Assembly: GCA_045601385.1 (NCBI GenBank)
Contig: JAZRZM010000016.1
Coordinates: 9,962-73,961, forward strand
Source of the DNA: Clostridia bacterium
Lineage (GTDB): Bacteria; Bacillota; Clostridia; Christensenellales; DTU072
Reading direction: 5' to 3'
DNA length: 64,000 nucleotides
Shown here: in pieces, positions 9,128 through 20,489 of the stretch
Numbering within the stretch: the stretch's first letter is position 1
How the letters are laid out: every line of letters begins with the position of its first letter
Notes under the pieces: generated by a model
Database searches by the model: none
What the model saw: only the letters and a program-made list of their open reading frames with translations
Told to the model about the DNA's origin: nothing
Translations under genes and position numbers: made by a program

Positions 9128-11182
9128 ATGGCAGTATTCAGCAAAGAAAAAATCAGAAACATTGCCCTCATCGGTCATGGTGGCGAAGGCAAAACTTCTC
9201 TCGCGGAAGCCATTTTGTATTCGGTTAAGGCCATTGACAGGCTTGGGAAAGTAGACGACGGGAATACCGTATGCGACTACGATTCCGAAGAAATCGCACG
9301 CAAAATGAGTATTTCGCTCAGTGTTTGTAACTTTACATACAAAGACTATAAAATCAATATTATAGATACACCCGGATTTTTTGACTTTGAAGGCGAAATG
9401 GTCGCGGCTCTTACCGCAGCCGACGGCGCCGTTATCGTCACCCAAGCGTCCGGAAACCTTTCCGTCGGAGCAGAAAAAGCAATCGGATATTGCCTCGAAA
9501 ACAAAATCCCCGCTATTCTTTTCGTCAACGGTATCAATAAAGAAAACAGTAACTATCAAAAGACGATCGAAGCTATCAAGGCAAAATACGCCAAGGTAAG
9601 CGCGATCGAATTACCGATCGTAAACGGCACCGATATGACGGGCTTTGTCAACGTCCTCGGCGGTTGCGCATTCGACAACGGCGGAAAAGAAATCGCTATC
9701 CCCGATTCTCTTGCCGGAGAAGCCGCCGCATTGTCCAACGCTTTGACCGAAGTCGCGGCGGAAGGCGACGAAGAACTGATGATGAAGTTCTTCGACGAAG
9801 GCACTCTTTCCAAAGAAGACAAACTAAACGGCATTAAAAAGATGGTCGCCCAAGGCGACTGCATTCCTGCCGTCGCGGGCGTAGCGGTCGGAAAACCCGT
9901 CCTTTGCGACCTGCTCGACAACATCATTAACCTCATCCCCTACGCCGGAGAAACGGGCGCGGCTGTCGCCAAAGACGGAGACAACGCGGTCGAACTCGAT
10001 TTTGACGAGAACAAACCTTGCGTTATCCGCGTATTCAAAACCATTATCGACCCGTTCGTGGGTAAACTGAACCTGTTCAAGGTATACAGCGGTTCGGTCA
10101 AAAGCGGCGATCAACTGTACAATGCACGCCGTGAAGAAACCGAAAAAGTCAGCGCGCTCTACACCCTGCGCGGCAAGAACCAGGACGGCGCCGAAAAACT
10201 GCTTGCGGGCGACATCGGCGCTTTTGCCAAGATGACGTTTACCGCGACCGGAGACACCCTCACCGCCCCCGGATTCAACGCGACGTTCGATCCGATCGAT
10301 TTTCCGAAGCCCGTTTTGTCCCTCGCGCTTGTCGCGGATGAAAAAGGCGGCTCCGACAAAGTCATCGACGGTCTTCGCAAACTGATGGACGAAGATCCGA
10401 CTTTCAAAGTCGAAAAGAATTCCGAGACTTCGGAAACCATTCTTTCCGGTATGGGCGAAACGCAAATCGACGTTTTGTGCAAGAAAGTCAAGAACAAATA
10501 TAAAGTCGAAGCGCAACTTGCCGAGCCGAAAGTCGCTTACCGCGAAACGATCAAGAAAAAAGTCGAACAGCAAGGTAAATGCAAAAAGCAAAACGGCGGT
10601 AGCGGTCTGTACGGCGACGTATATATCCGTTTTGAACCGGCTCCCGAGGTCGATTTTGAATTCGCCGAAGAAATCGTCGGCGGCTCCGTCCCGAAGCAGT
10701 ACTTCCCCGCGGTCGAAAAAGGTCTGCGCGAAATCAAAGAAACGGGCGTGCTTGCCGGCTGCAAAATGGTCGGTTTCCGCGCGGTGCTTTACTTCGGTTC
10801 TTATCACCCGGTTGACAGCAAGGAAGCGGCGTTTATCGAAGCGGCAAAGATCGCTTTCAAAGACGGTATTCCGAAAGCAAACCCCGTCCTGCTCGAACCG
10901 ATCATGAACATCAGAGTCGTCGTTCCGTCCGACTTTATGGGCGCGGTCATGGGCGACATCACCAAGAGAAGAGGCAAACTCTTCGGCACCGAAAACGTCA
11001 AAGACAAAGTCGTCGTAACGGGCGAAGTGCCGCAGTGCGAAATGTCCAAATATGCTATCGACCTCCGCAGTATGACGCAGGGAAGAGGTTCTTTCTCGAC
11101 CGAATTTGCGCGTTATGACGAAGTACCTTCCAACATGGTTGACAAAATCATCGAAGAAGAGAAGAAAAAGAGAGCCAAATAA
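9128..11182 (+). CDS. fusA2: elongation factor G paralogue (EF-G-like), outside the str operon
   Basis: GHGGEGKTS, DTPG, RKMSI in place of RGITI, domain IV/V motifs GSYHPVDS and LRSMTQGRG. Confidence 0.9.
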   Translation: MAVFSKEKIRNIALIGHGGEGKTSLAEAILYSVKAIDRLGKVDDGNTVCDYDSEEIARKMSISLSVCNFTYKDYKINIIDTPGFFDFEGEMVAALTAADGAVIVTQASGNLSVGAEKAIGYCLENKIPAILFVNGINKENSNYQKTIEAIKAKYAKVSAIELPIVNGTDMTGFVNVLGGCAFDNGGKEIAIPDSLAGEAAALSNALTEVAAEGDEELMMKFFDEGTLSKEDKLNGIKKMVAQGDCIPAVAGVAVGKPVLCDLLDNIINLIPYAGETGAAVAKDGDNAVELDFDENKPCVIRVFKTIIDPFVGKLNLFKVYSGSVKSGDQLYNARREETEKVSALYTLRGKNQDGAEKLLAGDIGAFAKMTFTATGDTLTAPGFNATFDPIDFPKPVLSLALVADEKGGSDKVIDGLRKLMDEDPTFKVEKNSETSETILSGMGETQIDVLCKKVKNKYKVEAQLAEPKVAYRETIKKKVEQQGKCKKQNGGSGLYGDVYIRFEPAPEVDFEFAEEIVGGSVPKQYFPAVEKGLREIKETGVLAGCKMVGFRAVLYFGSYHPVDSKEAAFIEAAKIAFKDGIPKANPVLLEPIMNIRVVVPSDFMGAVMGDITKRRGKLFGTENVKDKVVVTGEVPQCEMSKYAIDLRSMTQGRGSFSTEFARYDEVPSNMVDKIIEEEKKKRAK

Positions 11183-11199
11183 GGCACAAATAGCCAAAC

Positions 11200-11240
11200 A
11201 AAAAAGGCGGAAGGATTTTTCTTTCCGCCTTTATTTTTTG
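11200..11240. terminator. bidirectional terminator
   Basis: AAAAAGGCGGAAGG...CTTTCCGCCTTT between convergent genes. Confidence 0.7.
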
Positions 11241-11247
11241 AAAAAAA

Positions 11248-13194
11248 CTATTCCGTTACAAACAGCGTAACCGAACGCGCTTCCAACACGGTATCGATCG
11301 TTCCGTCCGTTATAAGCCGACTTTCTTTCGGAAAAACGCGCACGATCGGCTCGCCCTCGGCGGTCAGGTCGTTACGGCAAAAATCGTCTGCACACGACAT
11401 ACAAACGCGTCGCACAAAACTGCGCCCCTTTTGCGTTTCCAACAAAAACGCGCGCGGCTCCCTGTTCATATTGACCGATTTTATATAGAGCGTACCACCC
11501 TTTTCGGTGACGGTAACAAAGACGCCATGCGGCGTTTTGTCCACGGGAATAAAGGTATCGCCGACGTTTGCCGAGAACATTTCCTGCACAAAATAGTTTG
11601 CCGTCGGAAGAACGTGAAGGCTGCTAAAATTGATCATATTGTGTTTCCATTGTTCAAAACCGACGCGCGAAAAAAGAGGTGCGTAGGACGACATGCACAC
11701 AATGTCGGCGTTTCTCTCCAAACCCGTCATAAAGGCGGCTTCGGACAAAGCGGAAAGGTAGGTATTGACGATTTTCTTCCCGCCCGTACTGCCGTTTGCG
11801 GCGTATTCTCCGAGAAAAACACGGGATCGCGTACGCGGATAGTCGTCATATAAATCCACATGATTTTTTACCCATTCGGGCGAACGGTAAAAGTGGTCGT
11901 CGCAAATGCAATCGGGAAAACGGCGGTCGAAAAACGCCCGATTGGCTTCATAATCTCTTTCGCCGCTTCCGTAGCAATGAAATCCTGCGGAATAAACGAT
12001 ATCGATATCGGGGTACTCCTTTTTGACGGCGCTTGCGAGAAATGAAAAATTGTTTTCGTACGTTTTCCCGAAGTTTTCATTGCCGATTCCGATTACGGTC
12101 AGCCCGAACGGCTCCGGGTGTCCCGAACGGATACGAAGACGCGTCCAAACATTATTTTCGTCCGTTCCGTTCGCATACGCTATCAAATCGAGAATATCCA
12201 AGCGCAGTTTTTCCAAACTGCCGGCGTCCAGCGTTTCGCGGCTTCTTGCTTGGCAGGCAAGTCCTGCGTAAACGATCGGAAGAGGCTTTGCGCCCAATTC
12301 TTCACACAGCAAAAAATACTCGTAAAAACCGATTTCGTACGACTGCATATAGACGCCGTCTTTTTGTTCCTCTCCCCAAACGTTCGGCTTCGGTTTTCTT
12401 TCCGAAATGATGCCGACCGTGTCTTTCCAACAGTAAGCGTTTTTTACCGAATATCCCTCGGTAAGGCAACCGCCCGGGAAGCGCACAAAACGCGGACAAA
12501 GTCTTTTCAAAGCCTCGACAAGGTCTTTCCGCATCCTGCCGCCATACCGATTCTTTCCGTGAAAATCAATACAATCGGTATCCCCAAAATAAAATTCGGA
12601 TACCATAACCGTTCCTTTTCCGATTACACTGAAAACAAACCGTGCGTTGCTGTCCGCCGTACCGTCAAGGTAAAGAGCGTATTCCGCCTTATCGCGCGAG
12701 AAAACCGTCCCTGCCGACTCGGTCACCTTTTCGCCCGTTTTATCGACGCAACACACGATGATTTTTCCGACGAAGTCTTCGCTTTTTAAGCGGAATTTTA
12801 CCTCGTAGCGATGTCCTTTTTTGACGCCGATTCCGTATTTTTCGCCTTTTTTGTTTTTGCTTTTTTCGGGAACGAAACCGTCGTTTATGAGAGAGACTTT
12901 ATCGCGTGAAGACAGTTTGACCGCGCCGAAAGTCGCCGTGTAATCGCCGTCGCAACGCCAGCCGTACAGGGGCAACTCTTTTTCGGATAAAGTCACGTCT
13001 TTCCGACTGCCGCCGAAAAACCGCCACTTGTAATAAGCGAAATTTTTTTCGGGCAAAAAGGAAACGGTCTTAAAAAACGGATTACATAATTGATTGTTAT
13101 TCAACCCGCCGTCCACCGAAAAATTGATGTCTTCCAAAAATATGCCGTACAAATCCCGACTGATATCTTTTTTCTTATTGTAAAGCAGTTTCAT
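11248..13194 (-). CDS. alpha-L-arabinofuranosidase (GH51)
   Basis: LYGIFLEDIN..VDGGL, RFPGGC, IGIGNEN, VFLGEYA, ERNADIV.MSSYAPL. Confidence 0.9.
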   Translation of the reverse strand: MKLLYNKKKDISRDLYGIFLEDINFSVDGGLNNNQLCNPFFKTVSFLPEKNFAYYKWRFFGGSRKDVTLSEKELPLYGWRCDGDYTATFGAVKLSSRDKVSLINDGFVPEKSKNKKGEKYGIGVKKGHRYEVKFRLKSEDFVGKIIVCCVDKTGEKVTESAGTVFSRDKAEYALYLDGTADSNARFVFSVIGKGTVMVSEFYFGDTDCIDFHGKNRYGGRMRKDLVEALKRLCPRFVRFPGGCLTEGYSVKNAYCWKDTVGIISERKPKPNVWGEEQKDGVYMQSYEIGFYEYFLLCEELGAKPLPIVYAGLACQARSRETLDAGSLEKLRLDILDLIAYANGTDENNVWTRLRIRSGHPEPFGLTVIGIGNENFGKTYENNFSFLASAVKKEYPDIDIVYSAGFHCYGSGERDYEANRAFFDRRFPDCICDDHFYRSPEWVKNHVDLYDDYPRTRSRVFLGEYAANGSTGGKKIVNTYLSALSEAAFMTGLERNADIVCMSSYAPLFSRVGFEQWKHNMINFSSLHVLPTANYFVQEMFSANVGDTFIPVDKTPHGVFVTVTEKGGTLYIKSVNMNREPRAFLLETQKGRSFVRRVCMSCADDFCRNDLTAEGEPIVRVFPKESRLITDGTIDTVLEARSVTLFVTE

Positions 13195-13319
13195 ATCCTC
13201 TCCTTTTTGAAAAAGTATATCATCGCGGCGATTCAAAAGTCAACGGCAAAACTCCTTTCCTTTTATTGCAAAACTTTACCGTATATGGTATAGTATATAA
13301 GGATAAAATGGAGGAAACC

Positions 13320-14711
13320 ATGAAAAAATTTATGTCCGATTCTTTCCTGTTGGAAAGCGAAACAGCCGAAAAAATTTATAACGGCGTCAAGGATTTACCC
13401 ATCTTTGACTACCACTGTCATTTGAGCCCCGAAGAGATTCTGGAAGATAAAAAGTTTTTTAATCTGACCGAACTGTGGCTTTTGGGCGATCACTACAAGT
13501 GGCGCGTCATGCGCAACTGCGGTTGCGATGAAAGTCTCGTAACGGGTTCCGCGCCGGCGTATGAAAAGTTTTTGGCATTTGCGACCTGTCTGCCCTCTTT
13601 TCCGAACAATCCGGTCTATCATTGGGCGCATCTCGAACTGAAAAAATATTTCGGTATCACCACTCCCCTTTCGGCAAAAACCGCCAAGGAAATTTGGTTT
13701 AAGACGTCGGCGATGATGTCGGACGGCTCGTATTCGGCACGCAATCTGATCAAAAAAAGCAACGTCGATACCGTCGTAACGACCGACGATCCGACGAGCG
13801 ATCTTGCCTGTCACGAACAACTGAAAAACGAGAGACTGCCCTTCTCGGTCCTGCCCTCTTTCCGCCCCGATAACGCCATAAATATCGAAAAAGACGGTTT
13901 TGCCACCTATATAGCCGCTTTGGCGCAGGCAAGCGGATGCATTATACTTACTTTTGACGACGTGGTAAACGCTCTGAAAAACCGCCTCGTTTACTTTATC
14001 GACCACGGCTGTGTGGCGACCGACTGTTCGTTTGTCAATTTCCCGAAAGCGACGGGCAACAAAGAGATGGCGGAGACGGCTTTACGCAAGAGTCTGCGCA
14101 GCGAAAAACCGACCGAAGAAGAACAGAACGAATACAAGTATCTGCTGCTTGTCGAACTCGGAAAGATGTTCTCCCGTTTTCACATGGTCATGCAAATACA
14201 TACCGGCGTACTCCGTAATCAGAATACGGCGCGTTTTGCCGCCGTCGGTCCCGACTGCGGCATTGACAGCGTCGGAAACGCGCTCGATATTGAAGCGGGA
14301 GGCAAACTTTTTGACGAAATCGAAAAGTCGTGCGGCCTGCCGAAAGTCATCGTTTACACGCTGAACCCCAATTCTTACTATCCTCTCGCCACGATGATAG
14401 GCGACTTTGCCGGTTCGGCTCCGGGGAAAATGCAACTGGGCGCGGCGTGGTGGTTTATGGATCATCGGGACGGGATAAAAGAACAACTGCATATCTTTTC
14501 CGACACGTCCGGACTCGGACTTTTCAACGGTATGCTGACCGATTCGAGAAGTTTCGTCAGTTATGCCCGTCACGATTATTTCCGCCGCATACTTTGTTCG
14601 GTTCTGGCAAAATGGGCGGACGACGGAGAGTACCCGTCAGACCTTGACGACTTGATTCAAATAGCAGGCAATATTGCCTATTATAATGCGAAAAACTATT
14701 TTGTGAGGTAA
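13320..14711 (+). CDS. uxaC: glucuronate isomerase
   Basis: [42 protein letters not shown]. Confidence 0.97.
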   Translation: MKKFMSDSFLLESETAEKIYNGVKDLPIFDYHCHLSPEEILEDKKFFNLTELWLLGDHYKWRVMRNCGCDESLVTGSAPAYEKFLAFATCLPSFPNNPVYHWAHLELKKYFGITTPLSAKTAKEIWFKTSAMMSDGSYSARNLIKKSNVDTVVTTDDPTSDLACHEQLKNERLPFSVLPSFRPDNAINIEKDGFATYIAALAQASGCIILTFDDVVNALKNRLVYFIDHGCVATDCSFVNFPKATGNKEMAETALRKSLRSEKPTEEEQNEYKYLLLVELGKMFSRFHMVMQIHTGVLRNQNTARFAAVGPDCGIDSVGNALDIEAGGKLFDEIEKSCGLPKVIVYTLNPNSYYPLATMIGDFAGSAPGKMQLGAAWWFMDHRDGIKEQLHIFSDTSGLGLFNGMLTDSRSFVSYARHDYFRRILCSVLAKWADDGEYPSDLDDLIQIAGNIAYYNAKNYFVR

Positions 14712-14718
14712 ATTATTT

Positions 14719-15765
14719 ATGAAAATGACCTTCCGTTGGTACGGGGAGAACGACTCGATCGGTTTGGAAAGAATCCGTCAGATCCCCAACATGTACAGTG
14801 TGGTCACCGCCGTCTACGACGTACCCGTCGGCGAAGTCTGGCCCGAAGAAAACATCGCCCGTCTGAAAAAACTTTGCGAAGAAAAAGGTTTGAAGATGGA
14901 AGTTATCGAAAGCGTACCGGTACACGAAGATATCAAACTCGGTTTGCCGACGCGCGACAAGTACATCGAAGCGTACAAAGAAAACATCCGCCGACTCGGA
15001 AAAGCGGGCGTCAAGTGCATTTGCTATAACTTCATGCCCGTGTTCGACTGGACGCGGACGCAACTGGACAAAGTCGGCTTCGACGGCAGCAATTCGCTCG
15101 TCTATTATGCCGATCAGATCAAACAAATGAACCCCCTCGACGGCAGTTTGTCTTTGCCCGGTTGGGATTCGAGTTATAAAAAAGAGGACTTGAAAAAACT
15201 CTTTGAACAGTATGCGAAAGTTGACGAAGAAAAACTTTTCGATAATCTGAAATACTTCTTGGAAGCGATTATTCCCGTCGCGGAGGAATACGGCGTCAAC
15301 ATGGCGATACATCCGGACGATCCGCCGTGGCCGATTTTCGGACTGCCGCGCATCATCACGAACGAAAAGAACATCGACCGCTTCTTAAAACTCGTGGACA
15401 GTCCCAATAACGGACTCACTTTCTGCGTCGGCTCTCTCGGCGCGGATAAAAACAACGATCTCGTCCACATGGTGGAAAAGTACGTCAAAATGGGACGTAT
15501 ACACTTTATGCATATACGGAACATCCGCTTGGTCGAAAACGGCTTTGAAGAAACCGCGCACGATCAGACGTACGGCTCAATGGACATCATCGGTATCATC
15601 AAAGTACTCGCCGAAAACGACTTCGACGGATACTGCCGTCCCGACCATGGCAGAATGATCTGGGGCGAAACGGGAAAACCCGGCTACGGACTTTATGACC
15701 GCGCGCTCGGCGCCTGCTTTATCAACGGCGTATGGGAGACGGCAAACAGATTTCTGAACAAATAA
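14719..15765 (+). CDS. uxuA: mannonate dehydratase
   Basis: [45 protein letters not shown]. Confidence 0.97.
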   Translation: MKMTFRWYGENDSIGLERIRQIPNMYSVVTAVYDVPVGEVWPEENIARLKKLCEEKGLKMEVIESVPVHEDIKLGLPTRDKYIEAYKENIRRLGKAGVKCICYNFMPVFDWTRTQLDKVGFDGSNSLVYYADQIKQMNPLDGSLSLPGWDSSYKKEDLKKLFEQYAKVDEEKLFDNLKYFLEAIIPVAEEYGVNMAIHPDDPPWPIFGLPRIITNEKNIDRFLKLVDSPNNGLTFCVGSLGADKNNDLVHMVEKYVKMGRIHFMHIRNIRLVENGFEETAHDQTYGSMDIIGIIKVLAENDFDGYCRPDHGRMIWGETGKPGYGLYDRALGACFINGVWETANRFLNK

Positions 15766-15779
15766 GGAGTGTTTTTATT

Positions 15780-16619
15780 ATGGCTAAATTTGAACTCGAT
15801 TTGAAAAACAAAGTCGTCGTCGTGACGGGCGCAGGTGGCGTCATTTGCGGCGGACTGGCAACCGAACTGGCTACTTCGGGAGCCAAATTCGCTTTACTTG
15901 ATCTGAATCTCGACGCGGCGAAAGCGATCGAAGACGCCATCAAAGCAAAGGGCGGCACGGCAAAAGCCTATAAAGCGAACGTCCTCGAACGTCCCTCTCT
16001 CGAAGAAGTAAACGAACAAATCAAAAAAGACTTCGGCACCTGCGATATTCTCATCAACGGCGCGGGCGGAAATAATCCGAGAGCGACGACCGACAACGAG
16101 ACGTGCGAACCGGGAAAAACCTACGATAAAGACTTCTTCTCTCTCGAAGACAGCGGCGTTCGGTTCGTGTTCGATCTGAACTTCCTCGGCGCGTTCTTAC
16201 CGACGCAGGTTTTTGCCAAAGAAATGATCGGAAAAGACGGATGCAGCATCCTTAATATATCCTCAATGAACGCCTTTACGCCGCTGACGAAAATCCCGGC
16301 ATACAGCGCGGCAAAAGCGGCTATCAGCAATTTTACCGAATGGCTTGCCGTACACTTTGCGCCGTGCGGAATCCGCGTAAACGCCATCGCGCCCGGCTTC
16401 TTTGTCGGCAAGCAGAACAGAGGACTGCTCTTTAACGAGGACGGCACGCCTACCGCGCGCACGGGAAAAATCCTCGCGGCGACGCCGATGGGACGTTTCG
16501 GAGAAATCGACGAACTGTTCGGCGCGGTCAAACTGCTTCTCAGTCAAGAAAACGCCGGATTTATCACGGGCGTCGTACTGCCGGTAGACGGCGGCTTCCA
16601 TGCTTATTGCGGAGTGTAA
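15780..16619 (+). CDS. uxuB: SDR-family D-mannonate oxidoreductase (Bacillus UxuB-like)
   Basis: TGAGG.I, INGAGGN.P, PLTKIPAYSAAK; uxa operon context. Confidence 0.85.
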   Translation: MAKFELDLKNKVVVVTGAGGVICGGLATELATSGAKFALLDLNLDAAKAIEDAIKAKGGTAKAYKANVLERPSLEEVNEQIKKDFGTCDILINGAGGNNPRATTDNETCEPGKTYDKDFFSLEDSGVRFVFDLNFLGAFLPTQVFAKEMIGKDGCSILNISSMNAFTPLTKIPAYSAAKAAISNFTEWLAVHFAPCGIRVNAIAPGFFVGKQNRGLLFNEDGTPTARTGKILAATPMGRFGEIDELFGAVKLLLSQENAGFITGVVLPVDGGFHAYCGV

Positions 16620-16625
16620 ATAAAT

Positions 16626-17237
16626 ATGGACTATTCTTTTTTAGACAGTCACAAAATCGTACCCGTCGTGGTCCTGAACAAACTCGAAGACACCCTGCCC
16701 ACCCTACGCGCCATGAAAAACGGCGGTATCGACGTGGCGGAGATTACTTTCCGCACCGCGTGCGCGGCGGAAGCAATTAAACTTGCCTGCGCCGAATGCA
16801 AAGATATGCTGATCGGTGCCGGCACCGTGATCAACGCCGACCAATGCAACGCGGCGATCGGGGCGGGAGCGAAGTTCATCGTCTCGCCCGGTTTTGATCA
16901 AGGCGTATTTGACGTTTGCGAAAAATACGGCGTACCCTATCTTGCCGGCGTCGTAACGCCGACCGAAATCATGAACGCGATCGCGCACGGACTGACCGTC
17001 CTGAAATTCTTCCCTGCCGGCGTATTCGGCGGAATCAAGGCGATGAAAGCGATGTCGTCGGCTTTCCCCGGCATACGCTTTTTACCGACGGGCGGGGTAG
17101 ACGCAAGCAATATGAAAGACTTTTTATCCCAAAAGTTTATCGCGGCGGTCGGCGGCAGTTGGATGGTTAAAGGAACACCGGAAGAAATCGAAAAACTGTG
17201 CCGCGAAGCAACGAATCTATTAAAGGAAGGAGACTGA
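16626..17237 (+). CDS. eda: KDPG/KHG aldolase
   Basis: EITFRT, GAGTV, FIVSPG, LKFFPA, PTGGV. Confidence 0.95.
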   Translation: MDYSFLDSHKIVPVVVLNKLEDTLPTLRAMKNGGIDVAEITFRTACAAEAIKLACAECKDMLIGAGTVINADQCNAAIGAGAKFIVSPGFDQGVFDVCEKYGVPYLAGVVTPTEIMNAIAHGLTVLKFFPAGVFGGIKAMKAMSSAFPGIRFLPTGGVDASNMKDFLSQKFIAAVGGSWMVKGTPEEIEKLCREATNLLKEGD

Positions 17238-17241
17238 AACA

Positions 17242-18249
17242 ATGGCTAAATTTATCATTTCGGGTTTCTATGACGAAGTAACCGGGAACCTGAACGAACA
17301 AATCAAACTCGCAAAGTCCTTGGGCGAAAAGTACATTTGCCCCCGTACCGTAAACGGAAAAAACATCGCCGACTACACGGCGGAAGAATTCAGGGAAAAG
17401 ATTTTACCCGTACTTGAAAAAGAAGACATTCACTTTTCATCGATCGGTTCGCCTATTGGAAAAGTCGGCATCGACGACGAGGACGGCTTCCAAAAGCAAA
17501 AAAAGAAACTCGCCGAACTGGTCAAGATCTGCCAAATGACGGGCACGAAGTATATCCGCATTTTTTCGTTCTTCTACGGCAAAAAAGATCCCGAATCGAT
17601 TTTCGATAAAGTCGTCGAACGCATGAAAGAGTTTGTGGAAATCGTCAAAGGTAGCGGCGTAAAACTGCTCCACGAAAACGAAAAGGCGATCTACGGCGAC
17701 GTGGCGGACAGAGTGCTCAAACTCTACAAAGCCATCGACGATCCCGAAAACTTTGTCCTCTGCTACGACGCGAGCAACTATATCCAGTGCGACTGCGATC
17801 CTACCGTGGCTTTCGATATGCTGAAAGACTACGTCGTCTACTACCACATCAAGGACTGCTCTGAATACAAAGTCGAAGTCCCCGTCGGCACGGGCAAGGG
17901 CAATTATCCTTATATTCTGTCCGAACTCGTCAAGCGCGGCTACGAAGGATTTATGACGCTCGAACCGCACACCCTCAAATACTCTCTCATGAAAGCGCCC
18001 GTGTACTTTATACCGTTCGCTCCCCTGTTTATGAGCAAGTACTTTAAGGCGTTCCGCCTCATCGATAAAGCGAAAAATATTCCTTACTATAAGACGGTTT
18101 CGACCAAACAGGTCTTCTTGTGGCAATACAACGGACTGGTTTCTCTTTTGAAAGAAGCCGGCGCCGATATCGAAGAAAAGCAGGTCGCGGAACAGGACGT
18201 CGCCGTCTCGAACGACGCCGATAACGCAAAAAGCACCTATAAGTTCTAA
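17242..18249 (+). CDS. sugar phosphate isomerase/epimerase (xylose-isomerase-like TIM barrel)
   Basis: SGF.DE, IGSPIGK, IRIFSF, LLHENE, HIKD, TLEPH. Confidence 0.85.
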   Translation: MAKFIISGFYDEVTGNLNEQIKLAKSLGEKYICPRTVNGKNIADYTAEEFREKILPVLEKEDIHFSSIGSPIGKVGIDDEDGFQKQKKKLAELVKICQMTGTKYIRIFSFFYGKKDPESIFDKVVERMKEFVEIVKGSGVKLLHENEKAIYGDVADRVLKLYKAIDDPENFVLCYDASNYIQCDCDPTVAFDMLKDYVVYYHIKDCSEYKVEVPVGTGKGNYPYILSELVKRGYEGFMTLEPHTLKYSLMKAPVYFIPFAPLFMSKYFKAFRLIDKAKNIPYYKTVSTKQVFLWQYNGLVSLLKEAGADIEEKQVAEQDVAVSNDADNAKSTYKF

Positions 18250-18319
18250 AAAAACTTACATAAAAAAGGGACTTCGCTCGGAAGTCCCTTTTTTTTTTGT
18301 ACTTCTTATCAAAATCCGC

Positions 18320-19465
18320 TTACAGAAGCAAAGTTTTGTCTTCGCCCATGCCGAGCATGCCGTCCAAAACGATCTTGTTACCGTCTTCGTCGCGGAGATA
18401 TCCTTCGAGTTCGCCGAAGGTGATATAGTAGTCGATATTGACGACGACCGCGTGCATAATCATCGGGTTGAGGCCGTAGACTTTGAATTTAAGATTCACC
18501 ATGTCGTGTTCGTCTTTGACGATCCATTCGGCGTAGTCCTTGAAGTCCTTGGTTTCGGGCGTACGGGTAAAGGTAACGGGCGGAAGCAGGCTGGTTCTTC
18601 CTTCGAACCAAATCAGGTTTTCGTTATATTGATCCTGGTCGATCGACTGGTTGCGGGTGAGGTTGAACGCGAGCCATTCTTTCTTGCCGTTGATTTCGCA
18701 TTTGCCCATCGTGGTAACCCAGTCGTAGTGGGCTCTGCGCGGATAGTACCCTCTGTGATCGTCGACGACGGCGACGGTTTCTTCGTCGGAGAGCATTTCT
18801 TCACCGTTGAGTACGAGTCTTCCTTCGGCTTTGAAGAAGTCTTTTTGGCTGTACAAAGGACGGTTGTATTTTGTCGAGAAAGGAATGCTGACGACGCAGG
18901 GCTTGCTGAGTCTGGTCAGTTCAAAGTGGTATTCGATGGTCGCTTCGCCGTAGTTTTCTTTGATCGCGGCGACAGCCGTCTTATCGCTTCTTCCTTTGGT
19001 GATCAGGCACTTGCCTTCGTGCTTACCGCTGAGGTCGCATTTTCCGTCTTGAAAATTATTGATATACTTGACAAAACTGACGTCGGTATACGCTTCGGCA
19101 ACGGCACCGTTGATAAGGTTCGGCGCAATGATCGTCTTCTTGCTGTCGAGGTTGGTGTCCCAGCAGAACACTTCTTTCGTTCTTTTATCGTAAAAGACGT
19201 TCATCGTCTTTCCGAAAATACCCATATCGCAAACGACGGCAAGCAGAACGCCGTTTTTCAGATGTACTTCGGTCGCTTCCCAAAGCGTCAGTTTGAGACG
19301 GTTAAAACAATTCGGAACGGCGGTCGGTTTTTTGATTTTCAAAAGTTCCATCGTTTCAAATTCTTTATCAAACGTCCCGAAAACGGCTTTTCCGTCCTTT
19401 ACCATATCTTTCGGCGTCGGAACGGCACGTCTTGTGTCGGAAATATATTTGCTATATTCTCCCAT
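18320..19465 (-). CDS. DUF2804-like protein
   Basis: DDHRGYYP....YDW, FNLT.NQ....NEN.IW, FG...GY.....G..I.LDG..GMGE. Confidence 0.7.
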   Translation of the reverse strand: MGEYSKYISDTRRAVPTPKDMVKDGKAVFGTFDKEFETMELLKIKKPTAVPNCFNRLKLTLWEATEVHLKNGVLLAVVCDMGIFGKTMNVFYDKRTKEVFCWDTNLDSKKTIIAPNLINGAVAEAYTDVSFVKYINNFQDGKCDLSGKHEGKCLITKGRSDKTAVAAIKENYGEATIEYHFELTRLSKPCVVSIPFSTKYNRPLYSQKDFFKAEGRLVLNGEEMLSDEETVAVVDDHRGYYPRRAHYDWVTTMGKCEINGKKEWLAFNLTRNQSIDQDQYNENLIWFEGRTSLLPPVTFTRTPETKDFKDYAEWIVKDEHDMVNLKFKVYGLNPMIMHAVVVNIDYYITFGELEGYLRDEDGNKIVLDGMLGMGEDKTLLL

Positions 19466-19649
19466 TTTTTCTTTCCTCCAAAAAAATATTTTGATATTAT
19501 TATCATACAATATTTCAAAACAAGTTTCAAGACTATTTTCGCAAAAAAACTTTATTCGACGAAAAAAAAGTTTTTCTGCCGCAAACGTTTGCAAGCAAAA
19601 GACATTTGTGCTATTATTTTTTTATATTCTATATAAAAAGGATAAAAAA

Positions 19650-20489
19650 ATGTATAAAATTATTGCAAAAAGAACACTTGCGCCGAACGTAAACGAATAC
19701 ACGATCGACGCACCGCAAGTCGCAAAAAACGCACACCCCGGACAGTTTATTATCCTGCGCGTCGACGAAGACGGCGAACGGGTGCCTTTTACCATTTGCG
19801 ACATCGATAAAAGCGCCGGTACGGTTACCATTCTTGTACAGACGGTCGGATCCACGACCTATCTTTTATCTCTGAAAAACGCGGGCGATTCCATAACCGA
19901 CTTTGTCGGTCCTCTCGGTAATCCGACCGACCTTTCCGCCTATGAAAACGTCGTATTGATTGCCGGCGGCATCGGAAACGCGGTCATTTATCCGCAAGCA
20001 AAATACCTCGCCTCGATCGGCAAAAAAGCCACCGTCATCGTCGGAGCAAGAACGAAAGACCTGCTGATGTACACCGACGAGTTATCTTCGTACGCCGGAC
20101 GGCTTTTCGTCATGACCGACGACGGCTCTTACGGAGAAAAAGGATTCGGCACGCAAAAACTGAAAGAACTGCTCGATTCCGAAAAAATCGACGCCGTTAT
20201 GGCGGTCGGTCCGATGATGATGATGCGCGCCGTCTGCAACGTGACAAAAGAATACGGCGTCCATACGATCGTCTCGATGAACAGCGTCATGGTAGACGGG
20301 ACGGGCATGTGCGGTTGCTGTCGCGTTACCGTCGGCGGCGAAACAAAGTACGCCTGCGTGGACGGTCCGGAATTCGACGGACACCTCGTCGATTTTGACG
20401 AAGCCCTTGCGCGCGGCGCGTTCTACAAAGAACAGGAACAAGCCCACTATTGCAACTTACGCGGAAAGATCGAAGGAGGAAACAAATAA
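19650..20489 (+). CDS. nfnA: NfnA/SudB-type FAD/NAD-binding subunit of electron-bifurcating transhydrogenase
   Basis: PGQFII.R....ER.P.TI, GPLG.P, MVDGTGMCGCCRV..GG...ACVDGPEFD. Confidence 0.9.
   Translation: MYKIIAKRTLAPNVNEYTIDAPQVAKNAHPGQFIILRVDEDGERVPFTICDIDKSAGTVTILVQTVGSTTYLLSLKNAGDSITDFVGPLGNPTDLSAYENVVLIAGGIGNAVIYPQAKYLASIGKKATVIVGARTKDLLMYTDELSSYAGRLFVMTDDGSYGEKGFGTQKLKELLDSEKIDAVMAVGPMMMMRAVCNVTKEYGVHTIVSMNSVMVDGTGMCGCCRVTVGGETKYACVDGPEFDGHLVDFDEALARGAFYKEQEQAHYCNLRGKIEGGNK

Noticed and set aside
9824-11197. Long antisense ORFs (here, and 25064-26566, 28013-29284, 18452-19636 and others)
   Set aside because: Shadows of well-supported genes on the opposite strand; no RBS or recognisable motifs.
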